Assembly: GCA_964496905.1 (NCBI GenBank)
Contig: CAZCAQ010000003.1
Coordinates: 1,701 to 65,700 of the forward strand
Direction: 5' to 3'
DNA from: an uncultured Candidatus Saccharibacteria bacterium
GTDB lineage: Bacteria; Patescibacteriota; WWE3; UBA101185; UBA10185
Length of the DNA: 64,000 nucleotides
The position numbers and the translations under genes are program-made. Below are positions 1 through 9,518 of this stretch, in pieces (the first letter of the stretch is position 1; every line of letters begins with the position of its first letter). The notes beneath the pieces are model-generated. The model did not search any database. It was given only the letters and a program-made list of their open reading frames with translations, and was not told the origin of the DNA.

Positions 1-834
1 GATTTCAATATAATTCAGGAATTTTTTGACAATAATATACCTTATTCTGATTTTAGTGCTATCAGTTTAGTATCTTGGAGTCATGGGAAAGATGTTTTTT
101 ACTCCTTAACTGATGAGGGCCTCATAGTTAAAATGCCAACATACTTAGGTGAGGAGTATATCTATTCTGCGTATTTGTTACAATTCAATACCCAATTTAT
201 ATGTGAGTTGAAAAACCTTTCAAACAAATTCCATTACGTACCAGAAAGTTCCCTAAAGTATTTTCCTGATACCACTATTATTAAAGAGGATAGAGATGCA
301 TTTGATTATATTTACATAATTGAAAAACTTGCGAATATTGATAAAGATTCAAATCATTTAGCACAACATATTCATAAGTTTGAAGCTGCTTTCAGCAATA
401 TCACTTATAGAAAAATTAACCTTCTAGATAATACTACTAGAAGATCCCTCTTAGAATTGTGCATGGAATGGTGTATGGCAAAAAACTTTAATACTGTGGA
501 TACTGCCTCCGAGTTGTACGCCCTAAACACTTACTTTAAGTATTCAACTTCTATTAAAGATTTTTCAGTGGGAATATTTGATGGTGATAAATTGATAGCA
601 TATACTTTAAACGAATTGCACGGTAAGGAATGGGTTATTGGCCACTTTGGTAAATCCTCCTATAGTTACAAGCACAGCTCTTTACTTTCTGAGGTTTATT
701 CAGCTAAGTTACTTTACGAGCAAGGTATCAAATATCTTAACCACCAACAGGATACTGGCATTTTAAGTTTGCGCTCCTTTAAGGAAAGTTTGCAACCTGA
801 GAAATTCCTAAAGAAATACACTATTGAAATTTAG
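1..834 (+). CDS. DUF2156 / phosphatidylglycerol lysyltransferase-domain (aminoacyl-tRNA-dependent GNAT-like) protein, 5'-truncated by window edge
   Basis: Frame 1 is open from base 1 (DFNIIQEFFDNNIPYSDFSAISLVSW...). Motifs DRDAFDYIY, HFGKS, YLNHQQDTGILSLRSFKESLQP resemble the DUF2156 pattern DRD.FDY.Y...H.EKA...Y.N.E.D.G..GLR..K..Y.P. Confidence 0.7.
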   Translation, partial: DFNIIQEFFDNNIPYSDFSAISLVSWSHGKDVFYSLTDEGLIVKMPTYLGEEYIYSAYLLQFNTQFICELKNLSNKFHYVPESSLKYFPDTTIIKEDRDAFDYIYIIEKLANIDKDSNHLAQHIHKFEAAFSNITYRKINLLDNTTRRSLLELCMEWCMAKNFNTVDTASELYALNTYFKYSTSIKDFSVGIFDGDKLIAYTLNELHGKEWVIGHFGKSSYSYKHSSLLSEVYSAKLLYEQGIKYLNHQQDTGILSLRSFKESLQPEKFLKKYTIEI

Positions 835-1592
835 GAGGTGGTTTTTCTATAGGCTAGTATCAGCATTTCCGGATACAAAGAGCCTGTCCATTCGTATTTA
901 TCAAGGAAACTCTTTGGGTATGGTGGGTAATACTCCAGTAGCTTTTCATAGCCCATTTTTTTGAAAATCCGATCATAATAGCGACTACCTTTGATATAAA
1001 CAGGAATGCTTACACCTTCAAAATTTGCATAACCTCTTTTTGGGTTAGCGTTAGAATCAAAGTTCTCAAAGAGGTCCTCTATTTCAAGAGAATTAATTAT
1101 ATGCTTTTCTGGAAATACTGAAAAAATTAGGATTCCATCTCTTTTCAAAGTAGTAGTTAAATTAGTAATTGCAGTAGGCATATCACGTATCCAATCGAAA
1201 ACGTGCATCGCTGTCACAACATCGAAGGTATTCTTTAGTTCGTTTTGAAATAGCTCACTTTTGTGATTACCGTATAGAAGACTAATGTCTTTAGGTAGCG
1301 CTAGACTGGCTTTTTGAAGCATTTCTTTTGAATAGTCCATACCTGTTACATTGTGCCCTTGCGTATGAAATGCTTTACATAAAGAACCTACACCGCATCC
1401 AAAATCCAATACACTTAGATGCTTTTTTCCTAGAAATTGACTTTGAGTTTCTATCTGACTAAAAAAAACAGGCCAACCAATATGTATATTAACTGCGGCG
1501 TCTGGTTCAATGTCTTCCTCAGTGATATGAGTATCAAAGTAAGTAGCTAGTTTGTCCCAAAGCCATTCATTTTTCTTTTTGAGGTTATCCAT
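831..1592 (-). CDS. Class I SAM-dependent methyltransferase
   Basis: VLDFGCGVG motif I, GMDYS, FDVV. Start moved from TTG 1628 to ATG 1592 because TTGACA-N17-TACTAT lies 7 nt upstream of it. Confidence 0.85.
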   Translation of the reverse strand: MDNLKKKNEWLWDKLATYFDTHITEEDIEPDAAVNIHIGWPVFFSQIETQSQFLGKKHLSVLDFGCGVGSLCKAFHTQGHNVTGMDYSKEMLQKASLALPKDISLLYGNHKSELFQNELKNTFDVVTAMHVFDWIRDMPTAITNLTTTLKRDGILIFSVFPEKHIINSLEIEDLFENFDSNANPKRGYANFEGVSIPVYIKGSRYYDRIFKKMGYEKLLEYYPPYPKSFLDKYEWTGSLYPEMLILAYRKTTS

Positions 1593-1599
1593 CTGTCCT

Positions 1600-1628
1600 A
1601 TAGTAAAGCAAGATCTTCCTCCTGTCAA
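1600..1628 (-). promoter_or_regulatory. sigma70-type promoter of the methyltransferase gene (leaderless-type)
   Basis: TTGACA (1628-1623), 17-nt spacer, TACTAT (1605-1600), ATG 7 nt downstream. Confidence 0.7.
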
Positions 1629-1630
1629 TA

Positions 1631-2434
1631 CTATGGGCTAGTGTTTGATATTTTATGAGCTGCGCTTTCATACAATACCAGACCTATACCCATTAGAAAA
1701 TATGAAATGATGAACATTAAGTCGCTTAATCCAGCTGGTTGCCACATGTCATTTCGTGTTTGATATAGAAATATCCCATCTGCAAAATACTGAAAAATTA
1801 AAGCAAACAAAATAAATAACACACGAGCACGCATTATTCCTCCCAATAGGTTTGTTGAAAGTACGTAAGTACATATAGCTAAAGAAACAAATAAAGTTTG
1901 TCCAAGTGGATAATATATATCAAGGAATCTATTAAGTAGTGGTTCTGTGGGATCAATCCTCCCGTGTATAAAAACAAAATACGATCCAATCAATAACGCT
2001 AAGGTGATAGTTATAGCGTAGAGTTTACCTTTTCTAGTACTTAATGAGAACTTTGCACCTGACGCTACACCAAGATTCCATATGCCCATTAAATACAAAG
2101 GTGCGCTTATCATGTAAAAAATTTCTCCAAAAGCAGGATAAGGATTTTCTATATTGGTTAAGTAATATATCAGTGTGTAACTCAAGTTTCCTAGAAATTG
2201 CATTAGCAATCCTGCAGAAAGATAAATTAATGCTTTTCCTACAACACTATTTTTACCGCCCCAATCTTTAGATACTAAATAACCGAAGACAGCTGCTATT
2301 AAAGCTATTATTCCATATGTATCTGTAAGATAACCGCTTTGTAAATTATCAGCAGGTAAGAAAAAATTAATATACAACCCCCATAAAATAAAAAAAACTG
2401 AAACAAAGGTTAATATAAGCATTTTATTTTTCAT
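1631..2434 (-). CDS. Multi-pass membrane protein resembling a stand-alone histidine-kinase N-terminal 7TM-type sensor domain
   Basis: About 8 hydrophobic segments; PYPAFGEIFY, YYPLG and DLMF motifs. ATG 2434 is preferred (TTGACA at 2475-2470, TACCAT at 2451-2446); the ORF track start is 2500. Confidence 0.55.
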   Translation of the reverse strand: MKNKMLILTFVSVFFILWGLYINFFLPADNLQSGYLTDTYGIIALIAAVFGYLVSKDWGGKNSVVGKALIYLSAGLLMQFLGNLSYTLIYYLTNIENPYPAFGEIFYMISAPLYLMGIWNLGVASGAKFSLSTRKGKLYAITITLALLIGSYFVFIHGRIDPTEPLLNRFLDIYYPLGQTLFVSLAICTYVLSTNLLGGIMRARVLFILFALIFQYFADGIFLYQTRNDMWQPAGLSDLMFIISYFLMGIGLVLYESAAHKISNTSP

Positions 2435-2519
2435 ATTTACTTTATATGGTAGGTTTATAATGGTTTTTTTGTCAACCACTTGAATCTTTTGCTCAGTCAT
2501 TTAATAATCTAAACACACC

Positions 2520-3476
2520 ATGAAACACCATATCCTGCCAAACCACAAAACAAAAACACGTGCGACCTTTCTTTCTCAACACTTTTTGGCATTTTACGCA
2601 ATGGCGCTATTTGTGCTCATACACGCGCTCAACTTTATACCAAAAGTAGCCCCAGGAGTTCTAAGTTACGCTTCAAACATAAGTTTTAACGATCTATACA
2701 CAGAAACTAACAAAATTCGCCAGGAACAGGGACTGGCTCAACTAAAGACTAACGATAAGCTCTCTGCTGCGGCTTATAAAAAGGCTCAGCACATGTTTAA
2801 GAATAACTATTGGGCTCATGTTTCTCCCGATGGTACAGAGCCTTGGTACTTTATTCTCAATGAAAATTACGATTATGTTTATGCGGGCGAAAACTTAGCT
2901 AAAAACTTTAATAATTCTCGCGATGTTGTTGAAGCATGGTACAAATCTCCTTCGCACCGCGAAAACCTTTTGAATCCCAATTATGACGAAATTGGCTATG
3001 CTGTTGTAAATGGCGTTTTAGACGGATATCAAACGACTTTAGTGGTTCAAATGTTTGGAAAGTCTAAGCAGCCTAGTTATTCGGCTAGTTCAGATAATGT
3101 TCAGGGTACCGATACGATTCCGTCAGAAAATGAACAAACAGCGCAAATTCCTGTAGAACAGCCAACCGTCGCAGAAATTCCTGAGGATACGGATATCAAA
3201 GAATATGCCCAGCCAAATGTTCCGCAACAAGCCCCGTATCAAGAGGAAATAGTTGTGTACAAGCCATTGCTAACAATTAAAGACGTTACGGCGTTTAATC
3301 AAACGGTTAGCATAGCTTTTGGCGGTTTTTTAGTTTCCTTATTGTCACTCGATTTTTGGTATTCACGCCGAAAAACCATTTTAAAGCCTACGGGTCATAC
3401 TCTTGCGCATATAATGTTTTTAACTATTTTGGTCATAAGTATTTTAGTTTTAATAAAACCAGGAGTAATTCTTTAA
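2520..3476 (+). CDS. CAP/SCP domain membrane-anchored protein
   Basis: YWAH, AGENLA, WYKSPSHRENLL and EIG motifs; N-terminal TM, Q/P/E-rich linker, two C-terminal TMs. Confidence 0.9.
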   Translation: MKHHILPNHKTKTRATFLSQHFLAFYAMALFVLIHALNFIPKVAPGVLSYASNISFNDLYTETNKIRQEQGLAQLKTNDKLSAAAYKKAQHMFKNNYWAHVSPDGTEPWYFILNENYDYVYAGENLAKNFNNSRDVVEAWYKSPSHRENLLNPNYDEIGYAVVNGVLDGYQTTLVVQMFGKSKQPSYSASSDNVQGTDTIPSENEQTAQIPVEQPTVAEIPEDTDIKEYAQPNVPQQAPYQEEIVVYKPLLTIKDVTAFNQTVSIAFGGFLVSLLSLDFWYSRRKTILKPTGHTLAHIMFLTILVISILVLIKPGVIL

Positions 3477-3500
3477 AAACACTAAAAAAGGATCTTTTTT

Positions 3501-3797
3501 ATGCAACACGGCAAAATCACACACAAACATGATACTTCACAAAAAACCGAAATTGCCCATTATTTAGTTCTTTTTTGTGGATTAATGTTTTTTGCTGTAA
3601 TGGCCTATTTTTACCGTCTTGACCCTTCTGTACAGTTTTTAATGTTTTTTGCCGCAACAGCCTTTTATACTCTTTGGGGAGTAATTCATCATTATCTTGA
3701 AAACAGACTGACTTGGGCCGTAGTTGCCGAATATCTATTTTTCGCTTTCATTGTCTTTTTTCTTGTAGTATTATCACTAGGCACTTTCTGGCACTAA
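3501..3797 (+). CDS. Small 3-TM membrane protein
   Basis: 98 aa with three hydrophobic helices; Y..WG..HH and EY motifs. Confidence 0.6.
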   Translation: MQHGKITHKHDTSQKTEIAHYLVLFCGLMFFAVMAYFYRLDPSVQFLMFFAATAFYTLWGVIHHYLENRLTWAVVAEYLFFAFIVFFLVVLSLGTFWH

Positions 3798-3804
3798 TAT
3801 CTAT

Positions 3805-4929
3805 ATGAAAATAACAATTGTAATACCTACATACAACGAGGCTGAAAATATTGAGCGCCTCATTCCAATTCTTGCGCAAGAGTTTAAAAAGGCACCTCAA
3901 CACCAGTTTACCGTTTTAGTGGTTGATGCCAATTCTCCCGATGGTACTGCGCAAAAGGTTCGTGAGCTTTCAATACACTACCCATTTGCTCAAGTTTTAG
4001 TTGAGACTGAAAAAAACGGCCTTGGCGCTGCGTATGTTTTTGCATTTAAACATGTTTTGGCAAATATTCCTTCGGACGCTGTTATTGAGATGGATGCGGA
4101 CTTTCAGCACAAACCTTCAGATGTTCTTAAGCTGGCCGAAAAGGCTGACGAAGGTTACGACTATGTAATTGGTTCCCGCTTTATAGAAGGTGGAAGTATT
4201 CCAAAAGATTGGAGCTTGTATCGAAAGTTAATAAGTAAAGGTGGCAATATTTTTTCAAGCATAGTTTTAGGCATTAGAGGCGTCCATGACTATACTTCTG
4301 GATTTAAGCTTACAAAAGTTCAGGGTGTTTTAGATAAAATGGATCTAGATAACATAATGTCAAAAGGCTTTGCTTACAAAATTGACCTTTTATACAAAGC
4401 CAAAAAGGTTGGAGCTCGCATTGGAGAAGTGCCTATTGAATTTGGTTTGCGTGACAGAGGGGATTCCAAAATGGAAAAAAATAATTTTATGGATTCGCTT
4501 AAGGTTGTAATAATGCTGCGTATGAACGAACACCCTTCTTTTTACAAGTTCTTAATGGTAGGTTTTGCGGGACTGGGCACAGATATAATACTATTTAATA
4601 CATTCCGTCTTTTTATGGCTTCGGGATATGCGAGCGCACTTGCGGGGCTTTTTGCAATGTGCGTAACTTATACTCTTAACAATTTTTGGTCGTTTAAACA
4701 TCAAAAAAAAGAATCAAGATGGCTCTTTTTGCGTGACTTTCCAGTTTATGCAATCAGTTCGTACATTCCCATAGTATTTAGAAGTCTTCTTGTTGGTTGG
4801 TCCGAAGAAACTTTTGGCAAAACATTTCTTGTAGACAATATTGCCTTTTTTATAGGAATTTCTTTTGGTCTAATTTGGAACTACACCGTATATAGCAGAG
4901 TAATTTGGAGGAAGAAAAAAGCAGCTTAG
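3805..4929 (+). CDS. GT2 polyprenol-phosphate glycosyltransferase (DPM1-like) fused to a C-terminal GtrA flippase domain
   Basis: IPTYNEAENI, SPDGT, MDADFQH, IGSRF, DYTSGF; C-terminal KFLMVG...LNNFWSF...WNY GtrA-like TMs. Confidence 0.85.
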   Translation: MKITIVIPTYNEAENIERLIPILAQEFKKAPQHQFTVLVVDANSPDGTAQKVRELSIHYPFAQVLVETEKNGLGAAYVFAFKHVLANIPSDAVIEMDADFQHKPSDVLKLAEKADEGYDYVIGSRFIEGGSIPKDWSLYRKLISKGGNIFSSIVLGIRGVHDYTSGFKLTKVQGVLDKMDLDNIMSKGFAYKIDLLYKAKKVGARIGEVPIEFGLRDRGDSKMEKNNFMDSLKVVIMLRMNEHPSFYKFLMVGFAGLGTDIILFNTFRLFMASGYASALAGLFAMCVTYTLNNFWSFKHQKKESRWLFLRDFPVYAISSYIPIVFRSLLVGWSEETFGKTFLVDNIAFFIGISFGLIWNYTVYSRVIWRKKKAA

Positions 4930-4972
4930 CCAGTTTGGCTTTTTGGCGCTGTTGCGGTAAAATTACCGGGAT

Positions 4973-5734
4973 ATGGACGAAGGAATTAACTATTCTATTG
5001 TAATACCTGCCTACAACGAAGAAGGCGGAATTACGGCTTCTCTGACCCAAGTCATGAACTATATGAGCTCATTTGACCCTCTTTTTGAGGTTATTGTTGT
5101 TGATGACGGCAGTGCCGATTCTACGGCTCAAAAAGTGCAAGATTACGCACAGTATCACCCTGAAATCACTTTAATAAAAAATGCCCACAAAGGTAAAGCA
5201 GCTACTGTAACAGCTGGAGTTCTGGCTGCGCAGGGTAAGTATATTCTTACGGCTGATGCAGATATGGCAACGCCAATTGATGAGCTCAAGCGCTTTGTTC
5301 ATTGGATTGAAGACCATGATTACGACATAGTTATTGCTTCCCGTGAAGGCGCTGGCGCCAAAAGGCAAGGTGAGCCACTTTTTAGGCACGTAATTGGACG
5401 TGTTTTTAACTTGATGGTAAGACTAATTGCAGTTCCACAATTTTCAGATACTCAATGTGGATTTAAACTTTATACAAAAGAAACTGCACATGATATATTT
5501 TCTAGGCTAATAGTTTATAAAGATCAAGATAAAGTTTTAAAAAAGGCTTTTCTTGGTGCTTTTGACGTTGAAATTATTTTTATAGCTTTAAAGCGTGGCT
5601 ACAAAGTTAAATCTGTCCCTGTCACGTGGACATATATTAAGACCACAAGGCTTAATTTTTTGGAAACATCTGCCAAAATGGCAAGAGATGTTGTTAAAAT
5701 TCGCTTAAATGGTCTGAAAGGAGCCTATAAATGA
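4973..5734 (+). CDS. GT2 polyprenyl-phosphate beta-glucosyltransferase-like (Alg5/AglJ type)
   Basis: IPAYNEE, VDDGS, GK, DADMATP, ASR, DTQCGFKL, FDVE. Confidence 0.85.
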   Translation: MDEGINYSIVIPAYNEEGGITASLTQVMNYMSSFDPLFEVIVVDDGSADSTAQKVQDYAQYHPEITLIKNAHKGKAATVTAGVLAAQGKYILTADADMATPIDELKRFVHWIEDHDYDIVIASREGAGAKRQGEPLFRHVIGRVFNLMVRLIAVPQFSDTQCGFKLYTKETAHDIFSRLIVYKDQDKVLKKAFLGAFDVEIIFIALKRGYKVKSVPVTWTYIKTTRLNFLETSAKMARDVVKIRLNGLKGAYK

Positions 5735-7089
5735 ATTTATGTGTAATAGGAACGGGGTATATTGGATTAGTTGGAGCAGCAGTTTTTTCCGAGTGGGGAA
5801 ATAACATTGTAGGTGTTGATATTGATCAGGCAAAAATTGATCAAATTATGTCAGGCGATATGCCTATTTTTGAACCTGGACTTGAAGAAGTTGTAATGAC
5901 TAACATTAAAGAAGGTCGTTTAACATTTACAACTGACTTAGCAACAGGCATGAAAGATGCCGAAATTATTTTTATTTGCGTGGGAACTCCTCAGAGCGAT
6001 AGTGGTGCTGCAGACTTAAATGCTGTAGAAACCGTCGCAAAGCAAATCGCCGCACATTTAGATTCTTACAAACTTATTGTTATAAAAAGCACAGTGCCAG
6101 TTGGAACAAATGAGCACGTTCGGGAACTTATAACCCAAAATTTAAAATCACCTGTTGAATTTGGCGTCGCCTCAAACCCGGAATTTTTGCGCGAAGGTTA
6201 TTCTGTTGATGACATGAGAAACCCAGACAGAACAATTATTGGCTCAGATTCACAAAAAGCACTGGATATACTAAAAAAACTTTATTCTCACTTAACTACG
6301 CCAATTGTCGAGTGTGACTTTAGGTCGGCTGAACTTATTAAGTACGCTTCTAACGCCTTTTTAGCCACAAAGATCTCGTTTATAAACGAAATTTCTCAAT
6401 TGTGTGATAAGTCAGGCGCTGATGTTAGTGTTGTTGCTCAAGGCATGGGTCTAGATACGCGAATTGGGCCCAGGTTTTTGCAAGCAGGAATTGGTTATGG
6501 CGGAAGCTGTTTTCCTAAAGATGTAGCAGCCCTTTATAAAACTTCTACTGACCAAGCTTACGATTTTAAACTTTTAAGAGGCGTTATGGAAGTTAATGAA
6601 CGCCAAAGAAAGTTTTACTTTCACAAAATTACAAAAGCTCTAGGAAAAAACCTTAGCGGCAAAACTTTTGCTGTCCTAGGTTTGTCCTTTAAAGAGGCGA
6701 CCGACGACATTAGAGACTCTGTAGCCCTTGAAGTTGTAAAAATGCTTAGAGGTGCCGGTGCCGACATTAGGGCTTTTGATCCCGCCGCAATGGAAAACTC
6801 AAAATCCCAACTAGGCGATCAAGGGATTTACTACGCTACTTCAATTGAAGATGCCCTAAAAGGTGCTGATGCACTCTGCATATTAACTCCTTGGGATGAA
6901 TTCAAAAATCTTGACGTTTCCACTTTACAAAATCTTTCTACAAAAATGATATTTGATGGAAGAAACATTTTGGACAAGAAGGTAGTTCAAGACGCAGGCT
7001 TAGTTTATTTTGCAATTGGAAAAATAACTAACGGAAGCAAACTTATTGCAGAAAAACCTGCCTCGGCAGTTCTAAATGGAAAAAACTAG
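5731..7089 (+). CDS. ugd: UDP-glucose 6-dehydrogenase
   Basis: GTGYIG Rossmann motif, CVGTP, KSTVPVGT, NPEFLREG, GYGGSCFPKD catalytic motif, DGRN. Confidence 0.93.
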   Translation: MNLCVIGTGYIGLVGAAVFSEWGNNIVGVDIDQAKIDQIMSGDMPIFEPGLEEVVMTNIKEGRLTFTTDLATGMKDAEIIFICVGTPQSDSGAADLNAVETVAKQIAAHLDSYKLIVIKSTVPVGTNEHVRELITQNLKSPVEFGVASNPEFLREGYSVDDMRNPDRTIIGSDSQKALDILKKLYSHLTTPIVECDFRSAELIKYASNAFLATKISFINEISQLCDKSGADVSVVAQGMGLDTRIGPRFLQAGIGYGGSCFPKDVAALYKTSTDQAYDFKLLRGVMEVNERQRKFYFHKITKALGKNLSGKTFAVLGLSFKEATDDIRDSVALEVVKMLRGAGADIRAFDPAAMENSKSQLGDQGIYYATSIEDALKGADALCILTPWDEFKNLDVSTLQNLSTKMIFDGRNILDKKVVQDAGLVYFAIGKITNGSKLIAEKPASAVLNGKN

Positions 7090-8317
7090 CAATAAGCGTA
7101 TTTTAGTTGTAATACCGCAGTTTCCAAAGCTTACTGAGACGTTTATTGAGCGTGACGTTTCAACTTTAGCTGAGTTTGAAAACACAGATATTACTGTTTT
7201 TTCGCTTCAACAAGGTAAGGCCTATTTATCTCCAAATTTAGAAAATCGAGTGGTTTATAAGCGTTTAGGCATTGGAGATGTACTAGTTGCTGTTTTTACT
7301 CAGTGTTTAGTAAAACCCAAAACTACGATAAATGTGCTTAAAATGTCCTTTTTAAAGGATAAGTACGATTCTCAAAACCCTATTAAAAAAGTAATACTTT
7401 TGCTCAAAGGGGCTGTGTATGCTCAGGTTTTTAGCAAATATAATCCACAAGAAATTCATGCACATTTTTTATCCGACATTTCCACTATTTGTATGGCTGC
7501 TGCTGAGTTTTTACAAATCCCATTTAGCCTAAACGTGCATGCAAAAGACGTATTGGTAAATCCTTCCATGCCGGTGGTAAAACTTAAAAAAGCAAAATTC
7601 ACAGCAGTGTGTAATAGGTACGCTTTTAACAGGCTAACGGAAATGGCAAAAGGACACACTAATTCAGTTCATCTTATTTATCACGGTCTTGATGAAAAAA
7701 GGATGGAAGTAGCAGATCTGGCATTAGTTAAACCTAACAGGCCCCTAATTTTTTTGCTCGTTTCTCGCTTGGTTGAAAAAAAAGGTCTGGAATACATGCT
7801 TGAAGCCTCGCGCATTCTACTTAATCGTGGCTTTGATCACGAAGTAGCAATTATTGGTGCCAACGACCCTTCTAGCCCAGTTAACATGTACGAAAAATAT
7901 AAAGCTGAAATTAATGATCTAAAAATGCAAGATGTTATAAAAATTATAGGTGAAGGTAAGGGAGTTCCTTTTGAAGAAGCAAAGCAGTACTACAAAATTG
8001 CCGATATTTTTGTTATGCCCAGTATTTCAGCAGGAAGTGGCGACGCAGATGGCGTTCCTAACACAATAATTGAGGCGGCCCTTTCAAAATTGCCAATTGT
8101 TGCAACCGATGCAGGGAGCATAAAGGATCTTTTAAACCCGCAAAATTCCATTTTAATTCACCAAAAAAGCGCTCAGGACATTGCAGATGCAATTGAAAAG
8201 CTTATGTTGGATCCGCAACTTAGGGATTCTTTAGGAAAGCGCGCCTACTACGATGCCAAAGAAATGTTTTCTTCTGCCCGCAACGTTAATATTTTGCATA
8301 AATTGCTGTTAGAATAA
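7076..8317 (+). CDS. GT4 glycosyltransferase (WcaL-like)
   Basis: FPKLTETFIERD, IHAHF, RLVEKKG, DGVPNTIIEAA. Confidence 0.85.
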   Translation: MEKTSNKRILVVIPQFPKLTETFIERDVSTLAEFENTDITVFSLQQGKAYLSPNLENRVVYKRLGIGDVLVAVFTQCLVKPKTTINVLKMSFLKDKYDSQNPIKKVILLLKGAVYAQVFSKYNPQEIHAHFLSDISTICMAAAEFLQIPFSLNVHAKDVLVNPSMPVVKLKKAKFTAVCNRYAFNRLTEMAKGHTNSVHLIYHGLDEKRMEVADLALVKPNRPLIFLLVSRLVEKKGLEYMLEASRILLNRGFDHEVAIIGANDPSSPVNMYEKYKAEINDLKMQDVIKIIGEGKGVPFEEAKQYYKIADIFVMPSISAGSGDADGVPNTIIEAALSKLPIVATDAGSIKDLLNPQNSILIHQKSAQDIADAIEKLMLDPQLRDSLGKRAYYDAKEMFSSARNVNILHKLLLE

Positions 8318-8321
8318 GTAC

Positions 8322-9518
8322 GTGCGCATTGCTGTATTTGTAAAAGGAACAATATTTCACTCTCAATACGGAGGCCTTGAAACGCAAAACCAGGCTTTAT
8401 GCCAAGGTTTAAGCCAAAAAGGTCATGAAATCCACATTTTTTCACCTAAAAAAGACGTTACAGAAAGCGAAAAAACTTCCAATTCTTTGCATTACCATTT
8501 TGTAGAGTCAAAGTTTAAAATGGGGCTAATTTTAGGCTTTTTTGGCTTTTTAGACAAAAACAATTGGGTAAACAGATCCTATGAAGAATTTGTCAAAACT
8601 GAAAAGTCAGGTCATTTTGACGTTATTATTTCACAAAGTACCGCTGGTATTGGCATTATAAAGCACAAAGAGGATCATAATTTTAAGTCAATTATGGTAG
8701 CCCACGGATCAATTTTATCTGAATACAAAACATATTTAAGAGAAATTAAGCTTACACAATTAAAAAATGCAGTTTTGCTAACTAAAAACACAGCTTTTGC
8801 CTTAAAAAATTTTTTTACTCGCCAAAGAGAATGTGTATTAAATTCGACAAAAATTGTAGCTGTTTCTACTTTTGTAAAAAAAGCCCTAATTGACGAAACA
8901 TTTGCTCCAGAAGAAAAATTTGTAGTTATTAACAATGGGATCGAACTTCCTAATTTTGACCTAAAATTTAAAAATTACAACAAAACTATGTTTTTTGCGG
9001 GAAGGCTGGAAAAATCAAAAGGTGTTGATATTTTGCTTTTGGCCTTAAAAAGTGTTTTTTTAGAGCATCCTGACGCAAAGTTGGTAATTGCTGGAAAAGG
9101 TCCTGAAGAAGAAAATCTTAAGATGCAGGTTCAAACCTTAGGAATTGATAAAAACGTGCACTTTGCGGGATGGGTTGAAAAAGACGCATTAGCCAACCTT
9201 TACAAAGAAGCGAGTATATTTGTACTTCCAACAATACGCCTAGAAGGCTTTCCAATGACCTTAGTCGAAGCTTCGGCCTATGGTTTGGCTTTAGTTGCCT
9301 CTGATATTGGTGGAAATGCAGACGCTATAAAAAACTCAGAAAATGGTTTTTTGATACAAGCAGGAAATATCAACCAGCTGTCAGATACTTTGGCTAATTT
9401 ACTAAGCAATGCTGAACAAATTAAAGCCTTTGGCCTTGCCTCAAGAAAGTCTTTTGATCACAACTTCACTCGCGATATAATGGTAGATAAGTATAACTTG
9501 GTTTTGCAAAAACTATGA
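8322..9518 (+). CDS. GT4 glycosyltransferase
   Basis: GGLE, GRLEKSKG, EGFPMTLVEA. Confidence 0.88.
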   Translation: MRIAVFVKGTIFHSQYGGLETQNQALCQGLSQKGHEIHIFSPKKDVTESEKTSNSLHYHFVESKFKMGLILGFFGFLDKNNWVNRSYEEFVKTEKSGHFDVIISQSTAGIGIIKHKEDHNFKSIMVAHGSILSEYKTYLREIKLTQLKNAVLLTKNTAFALKNFFTRQRECVLNSTKIVAVSTFVKKALIDETFAPEEKFVVINNGIELPNFDLKFKNYNKTMFFAGRLEKSKGVDILLLALKSVFLEHPDAKLVIAGKGPEEENLKMQVQTLGIDKNVHFAGWVEKDALANLYKEASIFVLPTIRLEGFPMTLVEASAYGLALVASDIGGNADAIKNSENGFLIQAGNINQLSDTLANLLSNAEQIKAFGLASRKSFDHNFTRDIMVDKYNLVLQKL

